Part shown: piece by piece, positions 36,230 to 50,610 of the stretch
Layout: every line of letters starts with the position of its first letter
Position numbering within the stretch: position 1 is the first letter of the stretch
Origin: Octopus sinensis
Lineage: Eukaryota
Assembly (NCBI RefSeq): GCF_006345805.1
Contig: NW_021832564.1
Location: 1-64,000 of the forward strand
DNA length: 64,000 nt
Direction: 5' to 3'
The notes under the pieces: model-generated
Told to the model about the DNA's origin: nothing
The model's input: the letters and a program-made list of their open reading frames with translations, nothing else
Database searches by the model: none
Program-made: the position numbers and the translations under genes

Positions 36230-37050
36230 GAAAGATGATTGCATTGCATCCCACCAACTGTGAACGCTCATCTGACTTTTTAGGCTGAAGTCAGATGCAC
36301 AGACACGGTTGCAGGTCGGGCAAAGAACACCACTTGTTAGGATAGGAGTGGACATCTTTTTGTCTCTCTCATGGCTTTACCCGAAGCATTTCATTCGCCA
36401 GTTGGTTTAGGAGTTGTTTGTTGGCTTGGAGAATAAGTTATCCCACTCGATCCGGTCAGTCGCAATACGCTGAAGATCGCGGGCTGGAGTGTTCGACTCA
36501 TTTCAGGTTGGACTAGAGGTTGTCTTTGTACCTCTTCTTTAGGCGACCTCGGACACAACTTTCCCGCTCCAGTTCTCCGAAGAAACACTGGCGAGGTATC
36601 CTTGATTTATCCATGCAAATCACATGGCCGGTCCATCCAAGTTGGGCCTTTAGGATCTTGACTTTTAAAGTTAGCTCTGTCCAAGACTACTAGGCTGGAG
36701 AAGCGGTCCTGCAACTGGATTCGTATAATTGATCGCAGAGAACGGTTGTGAAATTGTAGTAAAGATTGTTTGCCAACATAACATGGCAATCCTGGTTTAG
36801 GACGAATGTTGCTGTAAATTAGCCCCAAGAGACATCGCGATACACAGATATTGTTTTGAGCTGAGTGGGTGTGCTAGATTCCCTTGTTCGAAAATATAAG
36901 GACACAGATCATGTCGTATAGCCAGCTGGAGACGATGTCTCATGATGCTAAATTACAGCAACATTAGTCCTAAACCAGGACTGCCATGTTATGTTGGCAA
37001 ACAATCTTTACTACAAAATACAGTTGCTGAATATCTCACATTGTGAGATT
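36230..37050 (-). mobile_element. RTE/BovB-like LINE 3' fragment, interrupted by a MITE
   Basis: FHNRSLRSIIRIQLQDRFSSLVVLDRAN and C-terminal CPTCNRVCASDFSLKSQM..H zinc-finger relic. Confidence 0.8.
36755..37015. mobile_element. MITE with 69-bp TIRs, TGT…ACA ends and 4-bp TSD (Ginger-like)
   Basis: TIRs 36755-36823 and 36947-37015 with 3 mismatches; TSD AAAT. Confidence 0.8.
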
Positions 37051-37249
37051 TAAAAATAGTAATTTTCTAGATTGTGAACTTGTTCAAAATGTTGGTTATG
37101 TGTGCGACACATTGTCAACGTTTCACATCCATATCGGAGTGATAGGAGCACACCAAAATTACAGGCTTTCAGCTGGAGAGGCAAATGCCGTGACATTAAT
37201 GCTGCTGTGTGTCATGAACACGTGACTGACTTGCTTGGATCAGTTCATC

Positions 37250-37670
37250 TGACGAATGACAGCATAAAAAGAAACGGTAGACGATATGTAACAGAAATGG
37301 CATGAATATATTGGAAACGGTTACTTTACATAGAAATGAATACACAAGAAAACTTGGCGGATATCAACTATTATATTACTGCTCTTACGTTACAAGGATG
37401 TTTGCAAAAGGGACATGAAGGCCTGCAACATCAATATTAGCGGTTGGGAGGCAGTTGCCGGCAACCGTGGAGATTGGCGACGTACCGTAAAAGAGGAGTG
37501 ACAGAGAGAGAGAGAGGAGAAATGGAAAGACAAGAAAAGACGTCAACAAGAAACTATTGCATTACAACCAGCCAGGAACAGTCTTCGCTACATTTGCGGT
37601 ACCTGCCAGAGGGAGTGTTTGTCCAGGATAGGACTACACAGCCACAGCAGGAAATGTATCAGGACATGAA
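37250..37670 (+). mobile_element. Second RTE/BovB-like LINE 3' fragment
   Basis: LRYKDVCKRDMKACNINISGWEAVA..RGDWR and YICGTCQRECLSRIGLHSHSRKC. Confidence 0.8.
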
Positions 37671-37809
37671 ATGTAAAAGCCGGACTAGACTACTTTATGC
37701 GCAACTCCATTGTCTCCCGAGACAAAAAGGATGCCAACAATTACTGCAGTTAGTCAAAATTCATGCTTGTGTAATATATTAAAACAAAAGCAGGGGCTGA
37801 ACAATTACA

Positions 37810-38370
37810 TCGTTTTTTTATATAGTCTCCTTGTTTTTACGATGCATTTCTTCCAGGGGTCCACAAGCCCTTTACGCAGCCGTTTACGCACCACTTTCTG
37901 CACTTCCTCGTCTTTACCAAACCGACGACCTTCGTAAATGATTTTGGAGCTGAGAGCTGATAGTCGGGAGTAGGCGAGATCTGGATTGTGTGCAGAGAGT
38001 TCCAGCAACTGAAAACCTAATTTTTCAATGGTTTCAATAGTGTGGGCAGCCATATGTGGACGTGAACTGCCGTGCAACAATAAAACTTGCTTTGACAATG
38101 GCCCTCTGTATTTGGTGTGAATTGCTGGTTTCAGTTTGTTGACCAGCATTTCCCTGTAGCCTACACCGGTGAGAGTAGAACCCTTTTTAAAAAGTAATGT
38201 TCCATTACAGGCTCTTTTGGGTCCCAAAAAACTGTTGACATCAATTTTTTTCTGTAGAAAGTTGCGTTTTGAATTTCTTTTTCGTTAGCGATTCCATGTA
38301 TTTTCACTCCATACTTTGCCTTTTGAATAAGTACAAGACTTCTTAAAAAACAAATAAGGCTGCAGTCCGA
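37810..38370 (-). pseudogene. Degraded mariner transposase (DDD domain)
   Basis: KKLMSTVFWD; KLKPAI..KYRGPLSKQVLLLH…PH.AAHT.ETIEKLGF; NPDLA; GRRF.KDEEVQKVV. Confidence 0.85.
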
Positions 38371-38389
38371 TGACTGACGCAAGTAAGAT

Positions 38390-38484
<95 letters not shown>

Positions 38485-38514
38485 CATACAAACACACGTG
38501 TGTATATACGCATA

Positions 38515-38735
38515 CATGTAGATTTACTGACAAGTTTCTGGCTCTGGGTAAAAGAAAATACAAAAGAATCAGTTAATTATGATTTTATTCAACACATCCT
38601 CCTCTCAGATTCACACACTTACTGCAGCGGTCCTTCAGTTGTTCTAGGCCCTGTAAAAGAACTCGGAAGTTTGGGCCCCCAACCGCGATTTTCACGATAC
38701 CTTTAAAGCTAGGATATCTTCAGCATCCCCTTCTA
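38515..38735. mobile_element. Degenerate short mariner-derived MITE
   Basis: Imperfect TIRs (CTGACAAGTTTCTGGCT / AGCTAGGATATCTTCAG); internal relic of a transposase 3' end. Confidence 0.45.
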
Positions 38736-38896
38736 CATGTGTATATATTTATATATGAGTGTGTGTATGCGTGTGTGTGTATGCGTATGTGTGTGTGAGT
38801 GTGTGAGTGTATGTGTGTGCATGTGTGTATTTGCGTATGTGTGTGTGTATGCACATAAGTATATATACACTTACTGAACGTCTCTTTGTATATACA

Positions 38897-39174
38897 TCTT
38901 TTAATTGTTTCAGTCATTAGACTTCGGCCATGCAGGAGCACCGCCTTGAATTTTTAGTCGACGCCAGTACATATTTTTAAAAGCTAGATACTTATTCTAT
39001 TGGCTTCTTTTGCCGAACCGCTAAGTCACACAATAAGTTACGTAAAGAAACCAGCTACCGGTGTCAAGCGGTGGTGGAGGAACAAACAGACCAAAAGACA
39101 AACACACATATATATATGAATATATATATACGATGGGCTTCTTTCAGTTTCCATCTACCAAATCTCCTCACAAA
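38897..39174 (-). mobile_element. SINE family C, 5'-truncated
   Basis: Matches C consensus. Confidence 0.8.
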
Positions 39175-39187
39175 GGATTGATCAACC

Positions 39188-39597
39188 AGGAGTGGCTGTG
39201 TGGTAAGTAGCTTGCTAACCATTCACATGGTTCCGGGTTCAGTCCCACTGCGTGGCATCTTGGGCAAGTGTCTTCTGCTATAGCCCCGGGCCGACCAATG
39301 CCTTGTGAGTGGATTTGGTAGACGGAAACTGAAAGAAGCCTGTCGTATATATGTATATATATATGTGTGTGTGTATGTGTTTGTGTGTCTGTGTTTGTCC
39401 CCCTAGCATTGCTTGACAACCGATGCTGGTGTGTTTACGTACCAGTTACTTAGCGGTTCGGCAAAAGAGACCGATAAAATAAGTACTGGGCTTACAAAGA
39501 ATAAGTCCCGGGGTCGATTTGCTCGACTAAAAGGCGGTGCTCCAGCATGGCCGCAGTCAAATGACTGAAACAAGTAAAAGAGTAAAGAGTAAAGAGT
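39188..39597 (+). mobile_element. SINE family C, full length
   Basis: Near-identical to 21496-21896. Confidence 0.9.
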
Positions 39598-39635
39598 ATA
39601 TAGATATTATTTTGTGTGTTAGTTTGTGTATAAGT

Positions 39636-39862
39636 CGTGGTACTCCGTCGATTACGACGACGAGGGTTCCAGTTGATCCGATCAGCGGAGCAGCCTGCTC
39701 GTGAAATTAACGTGCAAGTAGCTGAGCACTCCACAGACACGTGTACCCTTAAGTAGTTTTCGGGAGAGATTCAGCGTGACACAGAGTGGGACAAGGCTGG
39801 CCCTTTAAACTACAGGTACAACAGAAACAGGAAGAAAGAGTGAGAGAAAGTTGTGGTGGAAG
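39636..39862 (-). mobile_element. Older, 5'-truncated family-A SINE
   Basis: A tail and part of the middle; no tRNA head. Confidence 0.8.
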
Positions 39863-39863
39863 A

Positions 39864-39941
<78 letters not shown>

Positions 39942-40094
39942 ATAGGTGACGTATGAGGGTTCTGCAATTTCTTGCCTATCAATCACACGGATGATTTGTT
40001 TATAGTGATCAAATGTTTGTGTAGACATAAGCTCACTCCCTCCATCATATCGATTTTACCTGTACAGGTGCACCTAGGAGTCACACGTCAGATG

Positions 40095-40227
40095 TCGAAA
40101 TGATCGCAGAGCAACGTGAAATGAAGTGCTTTGCTCAAGAACATAACGCAAAGCCCAGTCTAGGAATCGAACCCATGATCTCGCAATCGTGAGAGCAACA
40201 CCTTAACCACTGAGCCATGTGCCTCCA
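40095..40227 (-). mobile_element. CORE-type SINE 5' part (family D-like)
   Basis: Revcomp of GTGGAGGCACATGGCTCAGTGGTTAAGG…GGGTTCGATTCC…CTTGAGCAAAGCACTTCATTTCACGTTGCTC. Confidence 0.75.
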
Positions 40228-40235
40228 CACACAGG

Positions 40236-40318
<83 letters not shown>

Positions 40319-40440
40319 GTGGATGGATGGATGGATGGATAGATGAACGGACGGACGGACGGACGGACAAACAGACAGACTGACAGACAGACAGACGGAC
40401 GGACGGACGGACGGACGGACGGACGGACGGACGGATGGAT

Positions 40441-41790
<1,350 letters not shown>

Positions 41791-42059
41791 GTCAAAGTTC
41801 TCTTTGGACGACTGTATGCTCATGTTCAGACCGAAAAAATAAATTACTAACAATGAAAGTAAAAAAAACTCAGTGAACAATCACTAACATTATTTTTTTA
41901 TTTGTTGTGTCTCTTGTTAGTCACTGAGTCTTATACATAAGTTAGTATTTATTTTGCAATCAAGAGGATTTACTTCGAATTTCAAGCACAGAGGAACAGT
42001 TCATTTCTTATGTTTTGGACTGGAGTAAGATGGTGAAAATATGACACTTCTCCGTAAAA

Positions 42060-42470
42060 CATAAGCTACGGTACTCAGGACCTCTCGTTAAGGCTAGCAG
42101 CTTTTCTAGTTGTATTCATATATGATGCTGGTGCTCAATTTTCTATCTTTAATCCCTATACATATTTCAAAAGTCCTGTGGTGCTCTCCAGGTGCCAATG
42201 AAGGAACGAATTGTCATGCTGATAGAAACGACTTTTGAAAGACTGCTCTGTGAGTTCTACTTGGCATGTTGGCAGATTGAAGATAGTAGGGTACACAATG
42301 TCTTTACATGTCGGCTCCTTTTCCGCGTAATGTGTTGGCAATATTTTTGCTTCGTGACTCATAATCATACTCTCTGTATTCTGCATGCAGTTATAGTGCG
42401 CCTCCATGTTGTTCTTGTAAAACAAATGGCAGAGTTTGTAACTGATCAAAAGTAGAAACATTATTTTTTC
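42060..42470 (-). mobile_element. Penelope-like element, GIY-YIG endonuclease region relic
   Basis: DIVY….ELTEQSFKSRFYQHDNSF….STTGLLKY resembles the YxGxTExxFKxRyxxHxxSF…TxLSKY motif. Confidence 0.7.
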
Positions 42471-42535
42471 ATCAGTGTTATAACAGAATGTATCATCTAG
42501 TCACAAATTCTTTCTGCTTTCGGCTCCCTTTATAG

Positions 42536-42797
42536 CAGTGGTTCTCAACCGGGGTCCAGATAAGCCTTGGGGATCCATATGACCCTTAAGGGTCCATATA
42601 AGATTTATGTGCAATAAATTGTTTATACTTCTACTATGCACACAATATTCTAACAATGTCTTTATACGATTCCTAATAACATCTAATTATAAATATACAG
42701 GAGGACCTTTTAAACATTGAATGGCTATGGGAGGGGAACCCCCGAGTAAAATTGGAATCAAAGGGGTCCATTGGCAAAACATGGTTGAGAGACACTG
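42536..42797. mobile_element. hAT (Charlie-like) MITE
   Basis: TIR CAGTGGTTCTCAACC / GGTTGAGAGACACTG; 8-bp TSD CTTTATAG/CATTATAG. Confidence 0.85.
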
Positions 42798-43818
42798 CAT
42801 TATAGCAGAAGGAAATATTCTAGCACACTTTGTGCATAAAGTCAAAAAAACTTCATTGAAGTGTGTTTATATGTTTCAGCCATGTTTATTTAAAGCTTGT
42901 CTAACATCATGGCGGACTAGCAAGAAATCCTTGGAAGCAACTATATTCTGTCATTCCATTATAAAAGGGCTGAATTAATGATTTTCCCAGATATCTTTAT
43001 TGGTGGAGTGATTGGTGTGATTTTGAGAACCAACGGTGTTAACGCATTTCTCATTTCTACCGTTATTCTGAAAGGTTGGGAGGAGGGAAGGGATCTTTAA
43101 AGAATTGAAATTTTAGATATTTATTCATTTATTTCAGAAGCGCAATGCCCGTTTCTTTTGCATCATTTGGATACATAATCCAATATGATCTTTCTTTTAG
43201 AAGACGATAAAAGTGTGTAATTTAAGGGAAATTTGACTGTTTTTTCTCATAAGATTAAGGGACCAAATTGATGCATTTTTCCTACATCATTAGCTCCGAG
43301 TGGCATCTGCTAGTTGTTTAAAATTCATGCATGCGTACTCAAACGGAAAGGGTGAGCTCTAAAGCTGCTGGAAGACTGAAGTCGGATGGATGAGGTTATT
43401 TCAAAAGTTTTGAATCGAAAGGATCTTAGCAAACTGAATATTGGGATTCTTTTTCCTTCTCAGAACATCAGTGAGGCGGATTTTGTCAAAGTCCATTCGG
43501 TGAAAAGAAGTCAACTAGAAAACGCAGAGAACCACTGGTTTCAAACTGTATTATTCACTCTATCCCACCCTTCCCAACCCTTTTAAGATGTTGGTATTGT
43601 TTGAAGGATTGGTTACTATTTCTAACAGCTGCAGCCGCACGGAGTGGGTTCTTTGTTGGCGCAATGGTGTTTTCCATAAAAATGTAAATCTCTCTCTCTC
43701 TCTCAACAATGATTCATTGATAACTTAATGCTTCTTCTTGTTCATGTTAGCAAATCAGTGATGACTAACATCTGGTGGTGAGTACATACATACATCTCTC
43801 TCCTCTCTCTCCTCTCTC

Positions 43819-43849
<31 letters not shown>

Positions 43850-43883
43850 ATATACTTTATTAAAAGCAGCAAAAATATCACAA

Positions 43884-43927
43884 AAAACTGTTACTCAGTT
43901 TCACGTTCCCGTTCGTCGGACAGTTTT
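43884..43927 (-). ncRNA. Near-complete minimal type I hammerhead ribozyme motif
   Basis: AAAACTGT-CCGACGA-ACG-GGAA-CGT-GAAA-C-TGA-G-TA-ACAGTTTT: 8-bp stem I, 3-bp stem II with GNRA loop, short stem III; U4C variant. Confidence 0.7.
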
Positions 43928-43944
43928 GTTTATGTGGTTACTCT

Positions 43945-44012
<68 letters not shown>

Positions 44013-44023
44013 TATGTATATAT

Positions 44024-44068
<45 letters not shown>

Positions 44069-44244
44069 TATAATATATAATATCGTATGTATATTTATAT
44101 TATATATATTATTATATATATAATATATTATATATATATATAATAGATATGAGGATAATAATTCTAACTTACAGGGAAAAATTCAATTAGAAATACTAAA
44201 TTAATTTCATAAAATATAATATATATATATATATATATATATTA

Positions 44245-44276
<32 letters not shown>

Positions 44277-44636
44277 GAATTAGAAAAATACCCACCTTTA
44301 TCAATTCAATAATGAAAAATTAAATTATACCATCTAGAGTTACATATTATAGAAAGATTAGATATAAGATAAAACATATAGCGATGATTAAGTAATGTGC
44401 AAAATAATTCACCCTTAGAATTTCCAGATAGCGAGCAGTTTATGGTATACTACCAATTCTAGCCTGAATCATTCCTCGTGTTTGAAAAAGAAAAATCAAA
44501 GAATAAATAGAGTCAAAGGGAAGTTGGATGTGATAGCGTCGAAATCAAACATTTACTTACGGTGACAGCGATTTTATATCACCTGAGGATATAAAACTAG
44601 GTCCTATTATACAGGTAAACCATTACTTATTTTAAA

Positions 44637-45034
44637 TCTAAATCTTTATATATAAAAGAGAGGTTGTGTGTCTGTCTCCTACGATTTAGATTTCTAACTA
44701 CTCCCACATTTTGCGGTGCAGTGTAACCAAAAGCGGGTATCTTATAGTCGTGATTCATATCGAGCCCTTCTGGGAATTAACGCGCGTCTACGATGTGTCT
44801 ACGATTTAAAAAAAAAATTACTATCATTTTTTTTCCATTTTAATGCATTTTTTCCGCTATTATATAAGGGAAGTAACTCTCTAAAAATGTCTACGATGAG
44901 TCAACGATTTTTAAAAAAATTTACCATCATTTTTTTTAATGCATTTTTTTGCTACTTTTTGGCTATAACTCTCTAAAAATGCTTATATAGTTATTTCCCT
45001 TACAAACCCGAGCAACGCCGGGCGATACTGCTAG
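44637..45034 (+). mobile_element. Complete non-autonomous Helitron, ~400 bp
   Basis: A|TC…TATATATAAAAG 5' end; CCCG…CGGG hairpin (45007-45022), then CTAG|T; no TSD; internal ~105-bp tandem duplication. Confidence 0.85.
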
Positions 45035-45146
45035 TCCTGTATATATGTGGATCTATGTTTTATCGAAAAATGTGAAGTGACCACTAAACAGCTGTCGAAT
45101 CGTACTGCATCTTCCTTTTGACTCCAATTATTCTTTCCTTTATATA

Positions 45147-45213
<67 letters not shown>

Positions 45214-45489
45214 TATAATATATATATGATATATATATATACATGCACGTATGTATGCACTCATGTATGCGTGTATATATGTACATATGCATTTATGCAT
45301 ATTTATGTGTGTGTACGTATATATGCATGTATATTTATATGTATGTATGTTACTGTTCAATTTTATTTCAAGATTTCTTGTCAATAAAGAAAGAGCCGGT
45401 TTCTAACCTAGATCCAAGGCTCCTTCATTGGAATTTCAACATCAACAGCAGGGTGTTTTTGTTTTTATATGTGTTGATTCGTTAGCTCC

Positions 45490-45680
45490 TGCACGCATTT
45501 TTTTTCTCTCCTTGTTTCTCTCCTTGTTTCTCTCCGTGTTTTTTTTTCTGTTGAAGAGCGTAGGCTCGAAACGTAAAAGACTTGTTTTATTTCTATTCCT
45601 GAGCGCCATACTAATACAATTGTTTGTTTGTACTCCACCTGCCTTCGTCTTTTGTTTATTTTCGTAAAGCTTCCTATGTG
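45490..45680 (+). mobile_element. Penelope-like terminal-repeat relic with hammerhead-like motif (45548-45575)
   Basis: Same family as 18800-18967; CTGTTGA-A-GAGC-GTAG-GCTC-GAAAC-GTA. Confidence 0.55.
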
Positions 45681-45766
45681 TGTATGTATGTATGTATGTA
45701 TGTATGTATGTATGTATGTATTGTATGCATGTATGCATGTTTATATATGCATATTTATATGTTTGC

Positions 45767-45842
<76 letters not shown>

Positions 45843-46384
45843 GTATGTATGCATATATATATATGTATATATGTGCATGTATGTACGTACGCCTGTTCTA
45901 TATATTAGTTTATCTACCTCCCTATCTATCTAGTTATTACCCGTAACTTGTGTTTTACTGCATATGTGTGTGTGTATGTATGTGTGTGTATACACACAGA
46001 TATATATACATACATATATACATATATATCCTTCTCTATTGGCAAGAAACCTTGAAATAATACTGAACAATGACACACACATACACACACGCGGGCATAC
46101 ATACACACACACATGCATATATGCACACATATGGGTGTATATAATTTTGTGCGCCTATAAGTATGCATATTATTTTTCTCAACACAGCTACACACACAAA
46201 TATATATTTATATACGCCTATGTGCATGTCAGCTTGTATGTTTGTAAATATATGAGTGTTCGTGTCATCCATTATCAGTCCAGAAGTCTAGGGCTACGAT
46301 CACACTGTTATTCATACATATATATATATATATAATATATATATACATACACACATACATCATACATACATCATACATACATAC

Positions 46385-46440
<56 letters not shown>

Positions 46441-46529
46441 GCATGTGTGAGTGTACTTTTCTCATTTCTTATCTTCAAATTTTCTCTTATAATCTGTTGC
46501 ATTTTTCCCTCTCTTTCCATTTATCTTTC

Positions 46530-46545
46530 TCTCTCACTCTCTCTT

Positions 46546-46635
<90 letters not shown>
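46530..46635. repeat. (CT)n microsatellite
   Basis: Read directly. Confidence 0.95.
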
Positions 46636-46636
<1 letters not shown>

Positions 46637-47109
46637 CACTAATTTATTTAAAAAGCATTCCGCATTTTTTTCTTTTTCCATTTTGTTCTGTATTTTTTCT
46701 TACTTTCTTTTAATTATTTAATTTGCAATTTGCTTGAATTCCAAATACAGCGACCTTTTTATTAACAGAATTAATATTCGCACCCACGTACCAACCTACC
46801 TATCTACATACATACTTACATGCATACATACATACATACATACATACATACATACACACAAACACACACACATACATACATACATACATACATACATACA
46901 TACATACATACATACATAATTGTGTACATATATATGCGTGTATATGCATGAGGACACATGATTGTATGTGTGGTCATGTTACACACACCTTGTGTGGGCG
47001 TACATACATTCAAATACACACACACATATACATTTGTATGGAAGCCATCCCTACCTATTTTAATTATTTTATTTCTATTATCTATATCTTTATTGTCTAT
47101 CTTTACTTG

Positions 47110-47120
47110 CATATATATAT

Positions 47121-47184
<64 letters not shown>

Positions 47185-47356
47185 ATATATATATATATCT
47201 ACATATATGTATATATATATGTATCTATATATGTGTGTATATATATGTATATATATGTATATATATATATGTGTGGTGTGTGTGTGTGTTTGTGTATATA
47301 TGTGTATAATATGTGCATATATATATGGTGTATATATATATATATGTATATATATC

Positions 47357-47388
<32 letters not shown>

Positions 47389-47482
47389 CACATGTATATA
47401 TATTCATATATATAGAATATATATTTATATATGTATATTCCTCTGTATGTATGTATATATATCTATATCTCTATATATATAT

Positions 47483-47513
<31 letters not shown>

Positions 47514-47645
47514 CTATATTATATATATATATGTAGTATATATACTGTATATTCTATGTATGTATGTATGTATGTATATATACTATATATTAAATATATA
47601 TATATATATATATATAAAATATCTATATATATATATATATATATA
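47110..47645. repeat. Long imperfect (TA)n tract
   Basis: Read directly. Confidence 0.95.
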
Positions 47646-48160
47646 CGCGCGCACACAATGTATGTCTATGTTTCGTTCAAGGAATCTGGTGAAGGTCATG
47701 AGATTTGACCGCCGACGAGAGTTACCTCCCCCTGACTCAACAAAGACGCCTCAACGTCAATTATTGTAATATTTTATCGCAGATTATCTTCGCTCCCAAT
47801 TGATTTCCTAACCCAGCCACACCAGACACGCCGGGGTAGGCTCTATTCCGAAGAGAGGAAAGGGAATTTAGACCCTGTGTTTCTTTTTGGTGTTGTTGTT
47901 TTTTCTAAAACTAGACACTATCGATGAGTAACGTCCCTGGGGTTACGAGGTTAAGGGATTTGGTTGGTGGTGGGAAGCAGACGTGGAACCAAGCCTCATT
48001 CTTTTCTCTGTATTTCAAGAATGGAAGTTTTACAACGCCACTATTGTATACACACATTCGCGCGTTCGAGCAATATATACGGGGTGGGGGTGGAGGAGTT
48101 ATGTGTATATGTATGCATATACGTATACACACACACACACACACACACACATACATATAT

Positions 48161-48797
48161 ACTCGTTTACTCATTTACTTGTTTCAGTCATTTGACTGCG
48201 GCCTTGCTGGAGCACCGCCTTTAGTCGAGCAAATCGACCCCGGGACTTATTCTTTGTAAGCCCAGTACTTATTCTATCGGTTTCTTTTGCCGAACCGCTA
48301 TATTACGGGGACGTAAACACACCACCATCGGTTGTCAAGCAATGCGAGGGGGACAAACACAGACACACAAACACACACATACATATATATATGTATATAT
48401 ACATATATACGACAGGCTTCTTTCAGTTTCCGTCTACCAAATCCACTCACAAGGCATCGGTCGGCCCGGGGCTATAACAGAAGACACTTGCCCAAGATGT
48501 CACGCAGTGGGTCTGAACCCGGAACCATGTGGTTGGTTAGCAAGCTACAACATATATATATATATATATTCTTTTATTCTTTTATTCTTTTACTTGTTTC
48601 ATTCATTAGACTGCGGCCATGCTGGGGCACTGCCTTGAAGAATTTTTAGTCGGAAGAATCAACCCCAGTGCTTATTTATATTCCTCCTGGTACGTATTCT
48701 ATCGGTTTAATTCGCCGAACCGCTAAGTTGCAGGGACGTAAATACACCAACGCCGGTTGTCAAGCAGTGGTAGTAGGAACAAACACAGACACACAAA
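48161..48797 (-). mobile_element. Two tandem family-C SINEs (48161-48548; 48569-48797)
   Basis: Match C consensus. Confidence 0.85.
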
Positions 48798-48811
48798 GAC
48801 ACACACACACA

Positions 48812-48851
<40 letters not shown>

Positions 48852-48989
48852 GCATACACACACACACACACATACACAATCACACATGCATATACAAAGA
48901 CATAACAGAAGTAAATAGATACCACATAAAACCTCATTTTATGTTTTTTTCTAACTTTGTAAAGGTTTGTATTTTTTATTGATATTTTT

Positions 48990-49230
48990 TTATATTTCAG
49001 TTTCTATATGTGACTGTTTAATCCTGCCATGCACAAAAGAAGCCGTAGAACTGTCTGGATTTCAAAGAGGCCGTATCGTGGGTCATGCTAAAGGTGGACA
49101 TAGTCAGCGTAAAATCGCAGAAAACCTGAGGATCCACATTTCGGTCAGTTAGCAGAGTGATTGTGCAATTCACCAGAGAGAAGAAGGAGTCCACAACATC
49201 TCGCCCAGATCAACCAGGGACCTCTGGCAG
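48990..49230 (+). pseudogene. Tc1 transposase N-terminal HTH relic
   Basis: ELSGFQRGRIVGHAKGGHSQRKIAENL, typical of Tc1-type HTH; frameshifted. Confidence 0.75.
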
Positions 49231-49237
49231 GGCCCTT

Positions 49238-49284
<47 letters not shown>

Positions 49285-49292
49285 GTGTGTGT

Positions 49293-49945
49293 GAGCTGAC
49301 AGAATCGTTAGCACGTCGGGCGAAATGCCTAGCGGTATTTCGGCTGCCATTACGTTGTGAATTCAAATTCCGCCCAGGTCGACTTTGCCTTTCATCCTTT
49401 CGGGGTCGATAAATTAAGTACCAGTTACGCACTGGGGTCGATGTAATCGACTTAATACCTATGTTTGTCCCCTCTATGTTTAGCCCCTTGTGGGTAATAA
49501 AGAAATAGGTATTGTGGTGTGTCTTATAAAGGAATTAGGTGGGCGAAAACTGCGAGCTGGCAGAAACGTTAGCACGCCGGGCGAAACGCTTAGCAGTATT
49601 TCGTCTACCGTTATGTTCTGAGTTCAAATTCTACCGAGGTCGACTTTGCCTTTCATCCTTTCGGGGTCGATTAAATAAGTACCAGTTACGCACTGGGGTC
49701 GATATAATCGACTTAATCCTTTTGTCTGTCCTTGTTTGTCCTCTCTGTGTGTAGCCCCTTGTGGGTAGTAAAGAAATAGGTATTTCGTCTGTCTTTACGT
49801 TCTGAGTTCAAATTCCGCCGAGGTTGACTTTGCCTTTCATCCTTTCGAGGTCGATAAATTAAGTACGAGTTGCGTACTGGAGTCGATCAAATCGATTGGC
49901 CCTCTCCCCCAAAATTTCGGGCCTTGTGCTTAGAGTAGAAAAGAA
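49293..49945 (+). mobile_element. Family-B SINE cluster (49293-49513; dimer-like copy 49552-49945)
   Basis: Match B consensus; the second monomer ends in the CCCCAAAATTTCGGGCCTTGTGC tail. Confidence 0.9.
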
Positions 49946-50514
49946 AACTACGGAAGCCCGTTATGAGTGTATGCATGCATGTGTGTGTGTATGTGTGTGT
50001 ATGTGTGTGAGCTTCTCCCATTGCTTGACAACCGGTGTTGGTTTGCTAATATCCCCGTAACTTAGCAGCCCTGCAAAAAGAGACTGACAGAGTAAGTATC
50101 AAACTTTAGAATTAGAGCAGGGGTCGGATTAATCGACCGAAACCTTCAGGGTCCGATGACTGCAAAAGGTATGGAAGAATATATGAATATATGCGTGCAT
50201 GAACCTTTGTATTTCACTATCATAGACGACGTATTCTTTTCGGTGATGGGCATCAACGGAGCGACGGTCACTGTTATTTCTCTCCTTCCAGTGTTGTACG
50301 ATCAAGACATATTCAAAACATTTAAGACGTCGAACGGACGAAGACCTACATGGTCACTCAATCTGCTATAAACAACAGCCATACCTCCCTCGAATTACAC
50401 CACATCCTTTTAAAAAGGTAAAGATACTTTGTATAATTCAATCTGAGGTGGAGAGGAGCCTTTGATTGCAGGCCAGCTTAGAGAGAGGGAGGGGAGTGAG
50501 TGAGAGAGACAGAC

Positions 50515-50548
<34 letters not shown>

Positions 50549-50549
50549 C

Positions 50550-50610
<61 letters not shown>

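Noticed and set aside
44570-44600. Perfect 10-bp hairpin TTTTATATCC-ACCTGA-GGATATAAAA as a terminator or ribozyme
   Set aside because: No catalytic core or U-tract context; probably part of the surrounding repeat relic.
47680-47880. Unique GC-richer patch with possible TTTTATCGCAG acceptor and GTAGGG donor
   Set aside because: Short, weak donor, no recognisable product.
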